Shown in pieces: positions 8,852-17,345 of a stretch of 60,772 nt of DNA. The DNA comes from Eubacteriales bacterium (lineage in GTDB: Bacteria; Bacillota; Clostridia; Oscillospirales; CAG-382). Under the pieces are notes generated by a model, which saw only the letters and a list, made by a program, of their open reading frames with translations, did no database searches and was not told where the DNA came from. The translations under genes were made by a program, and so were the position numbers. Numbering within the stretch: position 1 is the stretch's first letter; each line of letters begins with the position of its first letter. Where the stretch lies: positions 1 through 60,772 of the forward strand of contig JAZRUR010000033.1 in NCBI GenBank assembly GCA_045652625.1, written 5' to 3'.

Positions 8852-9871
8852 ATGACAATAATTGTTACCGGTGGTGCAGGATTTATTGGCGCTAATTTTA
8901 TTTTTCATATGATCGAAAAGCATCCGGAATACAGAATCATTTGCTTGGATAAACTTACATACGCGGGTAATTTGTCAACGTTATCTAAGGTTATGAATAA
9001 TACAAATTTCCGTTTTGTGAAAGCGGATATTTGCGATAGAGATGCAGTTTATAAACTTTTTGAGGAAGAAATTCCCGATACTGTTGTCAACTTTGCTGCG
9101 GAAAGTCACGTTGACAGAAGTATTGAGTCACCGGATGTTTTTTTGCAAACCAATATAATTGGCACCTCTGTTTTGATGGATGCATGCAGAAAATACGGAA
9201 TAAAAAGATACCATCAGGTTTCAACAGATGAGGTTTACGGCGATTTGCCGTTAGATCGTCCCGACCTGTTCTTTACCGAAACAACTCCGCTTCACACGAG
9301 TAGTCCGTATTCTTCGTCGAAAGCCTCTGCAGATTTGTTGGTGCTTGCATATCATCGCACGTACGGTTTGCCCGTTACCATCAGCCGTTGTTCCAACAAC
9401 TATGGCCCGTTTCATTTTCCGGAAAAACTAATTCCCCTGATGATAGCTAACGCTCTTAACGACAAGCCGCTGCCTGTTTACGGTGAGGGTAAAAATGTGC
9501 GCGATTGGTTATACGTTGAGGATCATTGTAAGGCAATAGACCTTATAATTCATAAAGGTAAGGTTGGCGAGGTTTATAACGTAGGCGGACATAATGAAAA
9601 GCAAAATATCGAAATTGTAAAAATCATCTGCCGAGAACTTAATAAGCCGGAAAGTCTTATTACTTACGTAACTGACCGCAAGGGGCACGATTTGCGCTAT
9701 GCTATCGATCCGACTAAAATTCACGATGAACTCGGGTGGCTTCCCGAAACCAAATTCGAAGACGGAATCAAAAAGACGATTAAATGGTATCTTGAAAACC
9801 GCGAATGGTGGGAAGATATTATTTCGGGTGAATACCGAAACTATTACGAAAAAATGTACGGCAACCGTTAA
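8852..9871 (+). CDS. rmlB: dTDP-glucose 4,6-dehydratase
   Basis: TGGAGFIG, FAAESHVDRSI, VSTDEVYG, YSSSK, NNYGP. Confidence 0.97.
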   Translation: MTIIVTGGAGFIGANFIFHMIEKHPEYRIICLDKLTYAGNLSTLSKVMNNTNFRFVKADICDRDAVYKLFEEEIPDTVVNFAAESHVDRSIESPDVFLQTNIIGTSVLMDACRKYGIKRYHQVSTDEVYGDLPLDRPDLFFTETTPLHTSSPYSSSKASADLLVLAYHRTYGLPVTISRCSNNYGPFHFPEKLIPLMIANALNDKPLPVYGEGKNVRDWLYVEDHCKAIDLIIHKGKVGEVYNVGGHNEKQNIEIVKIICRELNKPESLITYVTDRKGHDLRYAIDPTKIHDELGWLPETKFEDGIKKTIKWYLENREWWEDIISGEYRNYYEKMYGNR

Positions 9872-9949
9872 AAAGTTGACCGCGTACACTTAATGTTTAT
9901 TTTTGCATAGTAAGTGTCACAAGACTCATTTATAGGGAGTGCGTAACGT

Positions 9950-10852
9950 ATGAAATTTTTTGTAACCGGAGTTGGCGGACAACTTGGTTATGATGTGATG
10001 ATGGAATTACTAAACCGCGGTCACGAGGGCGTCGGTTCAGATATTCTTGAGGATAGCGGTAAACTCAAATGCGATTATTGCCGTTTAGATATTACCGATC
10101 CTGACGCGGTTTCAACTGCAATAAAAACATATTTGCCTGATGTAGTCGTTCACTGCGCGGCGTGGACTGCCGTTGATGCTGCGGAAGATGAGGAAAACAG
10201 ACAAAAGGTTTACGCTATTAACGTCGAAGGCACACGAAATATTGCAAAAGTCTGCAAAGAAATTGACTGCAAGATGATCTATATTTCCACCGATTATGTT
10301 TTCGACGGCAAAGGCGAAACACCATGGAATCCCGACTGCAAAGATTTTGATCCGCAGAATTATTATGGTATTACGAAGTTGTTGGGAGAAAATGCGGTGC
10401 GCGAAAGTTTGGAAAAATTCTTTATCGTACGTATAGCTTGGGTTTTTGGCAAGAACGGTAATAATTTTGTTAAAACCATGCTTAGACTTTCCCAAAAGTA
10501 TTCTTCGCTTCGCGTTGTTTGCGATCAAATCGGCACTCCGACTTATACTTTTGACCTTGCGCGTTTACTTGTTGATATGTCAGAGAGCGAAGAATACGGT
10601 TGTTACCACGCGACTAACGAGGGTGGATTTATCAGTTGGTATGATTTTGCACAAGAAATATTCAATCTCGCGAACGTAGAAATTGAACTGACACCTGTTA
10701 CAACAGCTGAATATGGCGCTTCAAAGGCAGTTCGTCCTTTTAACAGTCGACTCGATAAAAGCAAACTTTCGGAAAACGGATTTAAGCCGCTTCCGATCTG
10801 GAACGACGCACTTTTGCGATACTTAAAGGAGATTTCTAATGAGCAATTTTAA
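9950..10852 (+). CDS. rmlD: dTDP-4-dehydrorhamnose reductase
   Basis: TGVGGQLG, AWTAVDAAE, ISTDYVFDG, YGITK, DQIGTPT. Confidence 0.95.
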   Translation: MKFFVTGVGGQLGYDVMMELLNRGHEGVGSDILEDSGKLKCDYCRLDITDPDAVSTAIKTYLPDVVVHCAAWTAVDAAEDEENRQKVYAINVEGTRNIAKVCKEIDCKMIYISTDYVFDGKGETPWNPDCKDFDPQNYYGITKLLGENAVRESLEKFFIVRIAWVFGKNGNNFVKTMLRLSQKYSSLRVVCDQIGTPTYTFDLARLLVDMSESEEYGCYHATNEGGFISWYDFAQEIFNLANVEIELTPVTTAEYGASKAVRPFNSRLDKSKLSENGFKPLPIWNDALLRYLKEISNEQF

Positions 10853-11387
10853 GTTTATAGAAACCGAAATCGAAGGCGTAATTATTGTGGAACCAAAAGT
10901 ATTTGGCGACCATCGCGGATATTTTATGGAAACGTATCAAGAAAATGCCTTCAAGGAAGCAGGAATCCTCTCGGACTTTGTTCAAGATAACCAGTCGAAA
11001 TCGTGCAAGGGGGTTCTTCGCGGTCTGCATTTTCAACACAAATATCCTCAGGCAAAACTTGTTCGTGTAGTAAAAGGCGAGGTGTTCGACGTTGCGGTAG
11101 ATTTCCGAAAAGACAGCAAGACTTATGGAAAATGGGTTGGAGTGGTTCTTTCTGAGGAAAATAAACGTCAGTTTTATATTCCGCGCGGTTTTGCACACGG
11201 TTTTTTAGTGCTTTCGGATGAAGCGGAATTTGTGTATAAATGTGACGATTTTTATCATCCCGAGGATGAAGGCGGCGTAATGTGGGATGATGCCGACATA
11301 GGTATCCGGTGGCCTAGTATAGACACGGAAATATTGCTTTCTGAAAAGGATAAAAAACATCCTACTTTTAAGGAGATCAATTCATGA
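10839..11387 (+). CDS. rmlC: dTDP-4-dehydrorhamnose 3,5-epimerase
   Basis: FGDHRGYF, GVLRGLHFQ, PRGFAHGF. Confidence 0.96.
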   Translation: MSNFKFIETEIEGVIIVEPKVFGDHRGYFMETYQENAFKEAGILSDFVQDNQSKSCKGVLRGLHFQHKYPQAKLVRVVKGEVFDVAVDFRKDSKTYGKWVGVVLSEENKRQFYIPRGFAHGFLVLSDEAEFVYKCDDFYHPEDEGGVMWDDADIGIRWPSIDTEILLSEKDKKHPTFKEINS

Positions 11388-12574
11388 AACAGGGCATGTA
11401 TTTATTTTTTTATAAGCGTATACCTATAGAAACTGTATGCATAGTTCTTGCTAACTTGGTTTATTTTCTTTATTGTGCAAAATATTTTGTTAAAAAACTG
11501 TTTGTTAAGAGTAGAGCGGTATCTATGGATACTACTGAAGCACGCGATATTATAACAAAACTCTATCCCAGGATTGACACGGCAGCAGAAACGATAAATC
11601 TCCCCATAGATGAAAAAGTAGATCTGTCTATTATCATGCCGATTTATAATTATGAAACTCTTATTGAGCAAACCATTGATGCGGCGCTTGATCAAAAAAC
11701 ACGTTTTAGATACGAACTGATTCTCGTTGACGATGGTTCTAATCAACCTGCAAAGGATATTCTTGAAAAATACAAGTCTAATCCCACGGTTAAAGTAATT
11801 CACCAAAAAAACGGAGGGATAGGAGTTGCTCGTAATACGGGGCTCAATAATGCTTGCGGCCGTTATATAATGTTCATTGATTGCGACGATATAGTGCATA
11901 ACGATATTGTTGAAACGCTGATGTCGGCTGCAACAGAAAAGAATCTCGATATGGCTATGTGCGGACACAATCTTTCGAAACAGTCCAACGGTCAAGTGCT
12001 TTCGGTCACACCGAATATATACCCCAAACATAATCTAATGAACTACAAAGATGGCGATTATCTTTGGAATTTCCCCGGATTGCCGTGGTGCAAGGTTTAT
12101 AAGCGCGAAATTTTTGAACAGATTCGATTCTTGCCGGGTTATTGGTACGAGGATACCATTATGCAGTTTTTGGTTTTCAGATTGGTGAAAAGTTTCGAAT
12201 ATATTCCTGAAGTAAAATATGAATACCGATGGTATGAAAATAATTTTTCGCACGTTCAATCAAAATCGCCAGATAGGGCGGTCCAACGCTATTGGTTTTT
12301 GGAACGCTGTATCGAAGAAACCGAAAAGTTGAATCTTCCGTGTGACGTCATATTTTACAAGATTTTGCTTAGACATTTGGGTTCTTACTACTATTATACG
12401 TTTTCGAAAATGGATTCCGAGGCAGTAGACGCTATGTTTGTTCTTGGTTCGGAAATGCTGAAAAAATACAAACCTGCAGAACGTTATCATTTGCCTTATG
12501 CACTTAAACAAATTGAAAAAGCGTTGCTGTCAGGCGATATCGAACATTGGAAACTTGCGGTTAGTATTCAATAA
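11384..12574 (+). CDS. GT2 family glycosyltransferase with N-terminal membrane segment
   Basis: LSIIMPIYN, LVDDGS, NGGIGVARN, FIDCDD, YED; ATGA-type overlap with rmlC. Confidence 0.85.
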   Translation: MKQGMYLFFYKRIPIETVCIVLANLVYFLYCAKYFVKKLFVKSRAVSMDTTEARDIITKLYPRIDTAAETINLPIDEKVDLSIIMPIYNYETLIEQTIDAALDQKTRFRYELILVDDGSNQPAKDILEKYKSNPTVKVIHQKNGGIGVARNTGLNNACGRYIMFIDCDDIVHNDIVETLMSAATEKNLDMAMCGHNLSKQSNGQVLSVTPNIYPKHNLMNYKDGDYLWNFPGLPWCKVYKREIFEQIRFLPGYWYEDTIMQFLVFRLVKSFEYIPEVKYEYRWYENNFSHVQSKSPDRAVQRYWFLERCIEETEKLNLPCDVIFYKILLRHLGSYYYYTFSKMDSEAVDAMFVLGSEMLKKYKPAERYHLPYALKQIEKALLSGDIEHWKLAVSIQ

Positions 12575-12631
12575 GTTTTTTGTAGTCCTCCTTATTGTAT
12601 GTTCTTTAATTTATAATTACATAGTAAACAA

Positions 12632-12696
12632 GCCGATATCTAAATCGGCGCAACCTGCCAAAATAAAAACAGCACCGAAAGGTGCTGTTTTTCGTT
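12632..12696 (+). repeat. 65-bp direct repeat, copy 2 (bidirectional terminator hairpin 12665-12692)
   Basis: Identical to 7041-7105; lies between the convergent GT2 and glf genes. Confidence 0.95.
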
Positions 12697-12702
12697 GTAT
12701 AA

Positions 12703-13809
12703 TTATAAAGAATCCGTCAATAAGGTGCCGCTGTCTGACAAAGCGGCGGCGATCACCGCGTCCATATCGTAGTATCGGTACTGACCAAGCCTGCCGCCGA
12801 ACAGCACTTTTGATTCCTGTTCAGCCAACGCCTTATAGCGCAGATAAAGCGCATTATTCTTTTCATCGTTCACGGGGTAATAAGGTTCGTCGCCCGGTTT
12901 CCATTCCGAACTGTATTCACGGCTGATAACGGTTTTCGGTTGGTCGCCGAATTCAAACCATTTATGCTCGATTATTCTTGTCCAAGGGGTTTCGGCATCG
13001 GTATAGTTCACGGCGGCGTTGCCTTGGAAGTTGGGGATATCCAGAACTTCGGTTTCAAACCGAACCGAGCGGTACTCCAAATGCCCCAAACTGTAATCGT
13101 AGAACGCATCTATAGGACCTGTGAAGACTACCTTTTCGGCGATTGCATCTAAATTCTTACGTTCGTTTAGATAATCGACTCCAAGCCGTACCTCGATACC
13201 GTCAAGCATTCTTTCTACCATCTTAGTGTAGCCGCCTACTGGGATACCTTGGTACAGAGCGTTGAAATAATTGTTGTCAAAGGTGAAACGCACCGGCAGA
13301 CGTTTGATGATAAACGCAGGGAGTTCTTTGCAGGGGCGGCCCCACTGTTTTTCGGTGTAGCCTTTGATGAGTTTTTCGTAAATATCCGTGCCCACCAACG
13401 AGATAGCCTGTTCTTCCAAATTCTTCGGTTCGGTAATACCCGCGGCTTTGCGTTGAGATTCGATTTTATCCGCCGCCTCCTGTGGAGTCACTACGCCCCA
13501 CATCTTATTAAAGGTGTACATATTAAAAGGAAGGGAATAAAGTTCGCCTTTATAGTTTGCCACAGGAGAATTGGTAAAACGGTTAAAATCGGCAAAACGG
13601 TTTACATAATCCCAAACCTGTCGATTGTTAGTATGAAAGATATGAGCACCGTAGACATGGACCTGTATATCTTCTACGGGTGTTGTATAAACATTACCGG
13701 CGATATGGTTACGCTTGTCGATGACCAGCACTTTCTTACCGGCGTCGGCTGCCTGACGTGCGAAAACCGCGCCGTAAAGTCCTGCACCGACGATGAGATA
13801 GTCGTACAT
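12703..13809 (-). CDS. glf: UDP-galactopyranose mutase
   Basis: VGAGLYG, HIAGN, YGAHIFHT, GYTEKQWG, EPYYP, GRLGQYRYYDM. Confidence 0.97.
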   Translation of the reverse strand: MYDYLIVGAGLYGAVFARQAADAGKKVLVIDKRNHIAGNVYTTPVEDIQVHVYGAHIFHTNNRQVWDYVNRFADFNRFTNSPVANYKGELYSLPFNMYTFNKMWGVVTPQEAADKIESQRKAAGITEPKNLEEQAISLVGTDIYEKLIKGYTEKQWGRPCKELPAFIIKRLPVRFTFDNNYFNALYQGIPVGGYTKMVERMLDGIEVRLGVDYLNERKNLDAIAEKVVFTGPIDAFYDYSLGHLEYRSVRFETEVLDIPNFQGNAAVNYTDAETPWTRIIEHKWFEFGDQPKTVISREYSSEWKPGDEPYYPVNDEKNNALYLRYKALAEQESKVLFGGRLGQYRYYDMDAVIAAALSDSGTLLTDSL

Positions 13810-13838
13810 GAGATACTCCTTTCGGTGAGTATACTGTC

Positions 13839-13866
13839 ATTATACTACATATTTTAAATATGTCAA
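13839..13866 (-). promoter_or_regulatory. Dedicated sigma-A promoter of glf
   Basis: Minus strand TTGACA-16 bp-TATAAT, downstream of the flippase terminator. Confidence 0.7.
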
Positions 13867-13888
13867 TTTATTTATAGATATAAACAAA

Positions 13889-13917
13889 CCCCTGCTTTGC
13901 GATACGCAAAACAGGGG
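13889..13917 (-). terminator. Intrinsic terminator after wzx
   Basis: CCCCTG..TTTGCG / CGCAAA..CAGGGG hairpin followed by a T-rich tract on the minus strand. Confidence 0.7.
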
Positions 13918-13925
13918 AGTACATA

Positions 13926-15347
13926 TTATTTATTGGCATGAGGGTGTTTTTTGGATTTGACGAAATCCAGCAAAAACATGATAGTCTTTTTATTAATAAG
14001 CAGCACCGCCGCAGCAGCGATAACTGCCCAAGCAATACTGACTGCAAAGATATCAAGATAATATACCGCGATTGACAGTATATACAGAATACCGACCGTG
14101 ATGAACAGTTTTTTGTTGACGGTCAGCCTGATGTACTTTTTGGAATCCACTAACCGATAAATAAACATAGCCATATAGGACACCGCCGTCGCAATAGAAG
14201 CGGCATACAGCCCGATGAATCGAATGAGTATAACATTGAGCGATATATTAATAAGAGCGGCTAAAATAGAGGTTTTTGCAATTTCGCCGGTGATCTTTTT
14301 TGCTACATAAATCGAGCCGAGGAAACTTACGAAGATATTAAACAGCGCACCCACCATTAAGATGGGAATCTGGTAATACGCGTCTGCGAACTTTTCGTCT
14401 ATCATGATGTCGAATACAAAGGGCATGAACACGATAACGCACATGCAGACACAGCCGAACAGACGGATAATAATATCGAAAATATTACTGAAAAAACTGT
14501 CGGCATCGTCGCTGTCGATATACAGCGCGGCGGATTCGGTCCAAGCAAGATTGAACACGGAGTAAAGTGTTGAGATGAGCGAAGAGAATTTTGCCGCGGC
14601 GGAGAAAATTCCGTTGAATGCCAAACCCAGATATGAGGTAATAACGGTTCTGTTCGAAGCGTTTATCACCCACCAAGATATCATGTTGGGGATCAGAGGG
14701 AATGAATATTTCAGCACCTCGGCGGCGAGTTTTTTGTCAAACAGTTTCCAATGGAAATAGGAAAGTATCTTTTTGGACAGGAGTATATACGCCGCGCAGG
14801 TCATGTGACCTAAGAAAGTGGCGATGAGCATACCGTAAGCCGCCCAGCGGAATCCTGCAACGAACAATACGTTCAGCACTACGGTGGTTACGGCGGAAAT
14901 AAAACTGCCTTTTGCGTATTTCAGATTGTCGCCCATGCCTCTCGTGATCTGAAGCAGGATAGAGGAACACACATGGGCAAGTAAATTGAGGGCGAGGAAG
15001 TATTTGTATTCGTTTGCGATGAAGAAACTGAAACCTACGAAAATCGCACCAAATGCCAACACCTGACAGAGAACTATTATCAATGAGGTGGATATCAGCG
15101 TTTCTTGCTTGTCGCGTTCTTCTCGTCTTTCTATGAGGAAACGGAAAATGCCCTGTTCAATCTGAAACGTAATTATCGGCAGGAACAAACCCACTAATGT
15201 GTTCAACAGATCTACGATGCCGTATTCCTCTGTGGACAGTATGGAGGTATAGAGAGGAAGCAGGAAGAACGTGATTAGTTGGGTACAGAGTCTTCCGACC
15301 GAAACAATAGTTGTATTTTTAATTAGTTCTTTTTCCTTGTTTTTCAT
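13926..15347 (-). CDS. wzx: Wzx-type polysaccharide flippase
   Basis: Multi-TM protein, LLPLYTSILSTEEYG N-terminal PST-family pattern, polysaccharide-locus context. Confidence 0.85.
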   Translation of the reverse strand: MKNKEKELIKNTTIVSVGRLCTQLITFFLLPLYTSILSTEEYGIVDLLNTLVGLFLPIITFQIEQGIFRFLIERREERDKQETLISTSLIIVLCQVLAFGAIFVGFSFFIANEYKYFLALNLLAHVCSSILLQITRGMGDNLKYAKGSFISAVTTVVLNVLFVAGFRWAAYGMLIATFLGHMTCAAYILLSKKILSYFHWKLFDKKLAAEVLKYSFPLIPNMISWWVINASNRTVITSYLGLAFNGIFSAAAKFSSLISTLYSVFNLAWTESAALYIDSDDADSFFSNIFDIIIRLFGCVCMCVIVFMPFVFDIMIDEKFADAYYQIPILMVGALFNIFVSFLGSIYVAKKITGEIAKTSILAALINISLNVILIRFIGLYAASIATAVSYMAMFIYRLVDSKKYIRLTVNKKLFITVGILYILSIAVYYLDIFAVSIAWAVIAAAAVLLINKKTIMFLLDFVKSKKHPHANK

Positions 15348-15350
15348 GGA

Positions 15351-16376
15351 TCAGCCTAATCTTTCGTCCAATTTCTCGAAATGACGTACTGCTGAGGCTA
15401 CGAATTCTGTTATATCCAAGCGATAGCGCAATGCTTCTTCGTTCAGCATGGACACGTCGAAGCCGTCCAGTTGACGAATATCTGCCGTCAAACCCTTAAA
15501 ACCTAAATCAGTAAGGATATTTTTCGCCTTGTCGCTGTAGATCATGGGAATAACAGCCTTATTCATTAATAAACCCAAAACATTGGCGTGAAAACGGCCG
15601 CCTACAACAACCGAGCAGGAAGCCAAAATTTCCAGCGCTTCACGAATGTTTCCGCTGTAATCATAACGGCTGATACCCGTGCGGTCGTCAAGCATGGACA
15701 TCAGTTGGTCTATGGCAGATTCGTCACCTTCATAGCGACAGAAGGACATGAGCGTAACTTCATAAGCAAGTTCACGAAAATGACGGATCATGTTTACGAC
15801 CGTCTGCAAATATTGCGATTCGTATTTGGGGGACATTTTGTTCTTGCAGGAGATTACGGAAATAACCACGCGCTTTTCTTCTCGAATCGGCAGATCCGAC
15901 ACGGGAAGCGAAAAGACAATATCCGCGCCGATTCTTACCTGCGGCAGGGATTGAAACAATTTGTAGGAGTGGTTTTCGCGGAAGCAGACATCCTTAGCCT
16001 CCGAAAACAGCGCCTTGATTTTATTAAAATATGCCTCGGTGGTATACGGCCCGAAGTTCACACCTAAAATATAGTGATCCTTCTTGCCGAACGAGAACCG
16101 TTTACGGTTGTCGCCGGGGTTTTCGATGAACACACTGCCGCCCAATGTCAATACCAAATCACACCGACTTGCCAAAATAGGTTTCAAAGAGAACTTTCTG
16201 ATCAATCGTACCGGAAGTTTCCAATCGAATACGCGCAAGTTCTTAAACTGATTTCGGTAGGTAGGGTCGGTGGTAGCGGATAAAAAACTGTGTTGCGGAT
16301 ATCGCTTTGTCAGGATATGGACGAACAGATCGTCGCCCAAATTTCTTTGCAAATAAGCGTTCAAATAAACTTTCAT
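15351..16376 (-). CDS. Polysaccharide pyruvyl transferase family protein
   Basis: NLGDDLF, GGSVF, RENHS, RFHANV, YSDK motifs. Confidence 0.8.
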   Translation of the reverse strand: MKVYLNAYLQRNLGDDLFVHILTKRYPQHSFLSATTDPTYRNQFKNLRVFDWKLPVRLIRKFSLKPILASRCDLVLTLGGSVFIENPGDNRKRFSFGKKDHYILGVNFGPYTTEAYFNKIKALFSEAKDVCFRENHSYKLFQSLPQVRIGADIVFSLPVSDLPIREEKRVVISVISCKNKMSPKYESQYLQTVVNMIRHFRELAYEVTLMSFCRYEGDESAIDQLMSMLDDRTGISRYDYSGNIREALEILASCSVVVGGRFHANVLGLLMNKAVIPMIYSDKAKNILTDLGFKGLTADIRQLDGFDVSMLNEEALRYRLDITEFVASAVRHFEKLDERLG

Positions 16377-16387
16377 GATGTCCTCTG

Positions 16388-17341
16388 CTATAAAAACAGT
16401 CGGTTAAACATAAACATAACAACATCCAACCGAAGGCTGTGCAAAAACCTTAACAGCCGTATACGGGCGGAGTTCTGGCTACGCAAAATCTCTGCGACTA
16501 TGCTATGCCGTGCTTCTTTTTTGATAAATGACAGTTTGCCGAAAATAGAACAGGAACTTTCGGCCGCCAAATAATCGCGAATGTGTCGGAAGTACAGGTT
16601 GAGCATATGTTGGGCACATTGTGCCTTATCTCCGACAAGTGCCATAAACTGCTCCACGATGCGTTCCATGCGGCTTCTCTTACTGTCCATGGTTTCACGG
16701 TGGCTGCGGTTGATACCGGTCGGTTTGCTGATATAGTGATAAAAACATTGCTCGACAATCCCGATGGGGGTGGATATATGGCGCAGATACTGCAAAACAA
16801 ATAGCAGGTCTTCGCCTTTTTTTAAGTTTGGGTCAAACAAAATGTTATTTTGCCGAATAATATCGCCTCTAAACACCTTGTTCCAAAGTACGTTAAGCAT
16901 TTCCAAACTGTAAAGCGTAATCACATCTTCTTTTGGAAGGAAAGGACGGTTGACAAGCGTTTTTTTGCAGACTTCGGATTCATTTTCCATATAGTATCCC
17001 GCTACCACCATTTCATGATCGGCGGCTTTTGAAAGCAGGGATTCTATCGCATTATCTTCGATCCAGTCATCGGCATCTACAAACATAATATACTGACCCG
17101 ACGCATGTTCGATCCCGTAGTTTCTTGTGGGTGACGGACCTTTGAAATTAACATGATACGCCTGTATACAGGGGTTCGAAGCGGCGTATTGATCGCACAG
17201 AGCGCCTGAGTTGTCGGTAGAGGAATCTTCAATAAGCAGAATCCGGTCTGCTTCACCTACCTGACGCAAAATGCTTTCCAAACATTTCGGAAGTTCTGCT
17301 TCGGCGTTATGAATGGGAATGATAATGCTCAGTCGTGTCAT
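16388..17341 (-). CDS. GT2 family glycosyltransferase
   Basis: LSIIIPIHN, EDSSTD, RNYG, FVDADD, GEDLLF. Confidence 0.88.
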   Translation of the reverse strand: MTRLSIIIPIHNAEAELPKCLESILRQVGEADRILLIEDSSTDNSGALCDQYAASNPCIQAYHVNFKGPSPTRNYGIEHASGQYIMFVDADDWIEDNAIESLLSKAADHEMVVAGYYMENESEVCKKTLVNRPFLPKEDVITLYSLEMLNVLWNKVFRGDIIRQNNILFDPNLKKGEDLLFVLQYLRHISTPIGIVEQCFYHYISKPTGINRSHRETMDSKRSRMERIVEQFMALVGDKAQCAQHMLNLYFRHIRDYLAAESSCSIFGKLSFIKKEARHSIVAEILRSQNSARIRLLRFLHSLRLDVVMFMFNRLFL

Positions 17342-17345
17342 AGAA

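Noticed and set aside
7041..12696. CRISPR array or IS element explaining the repeats
   Set aside because: Only two copies 5.6 kb apart, no spacers, and no cas or transposase ORF anywhere in the window.
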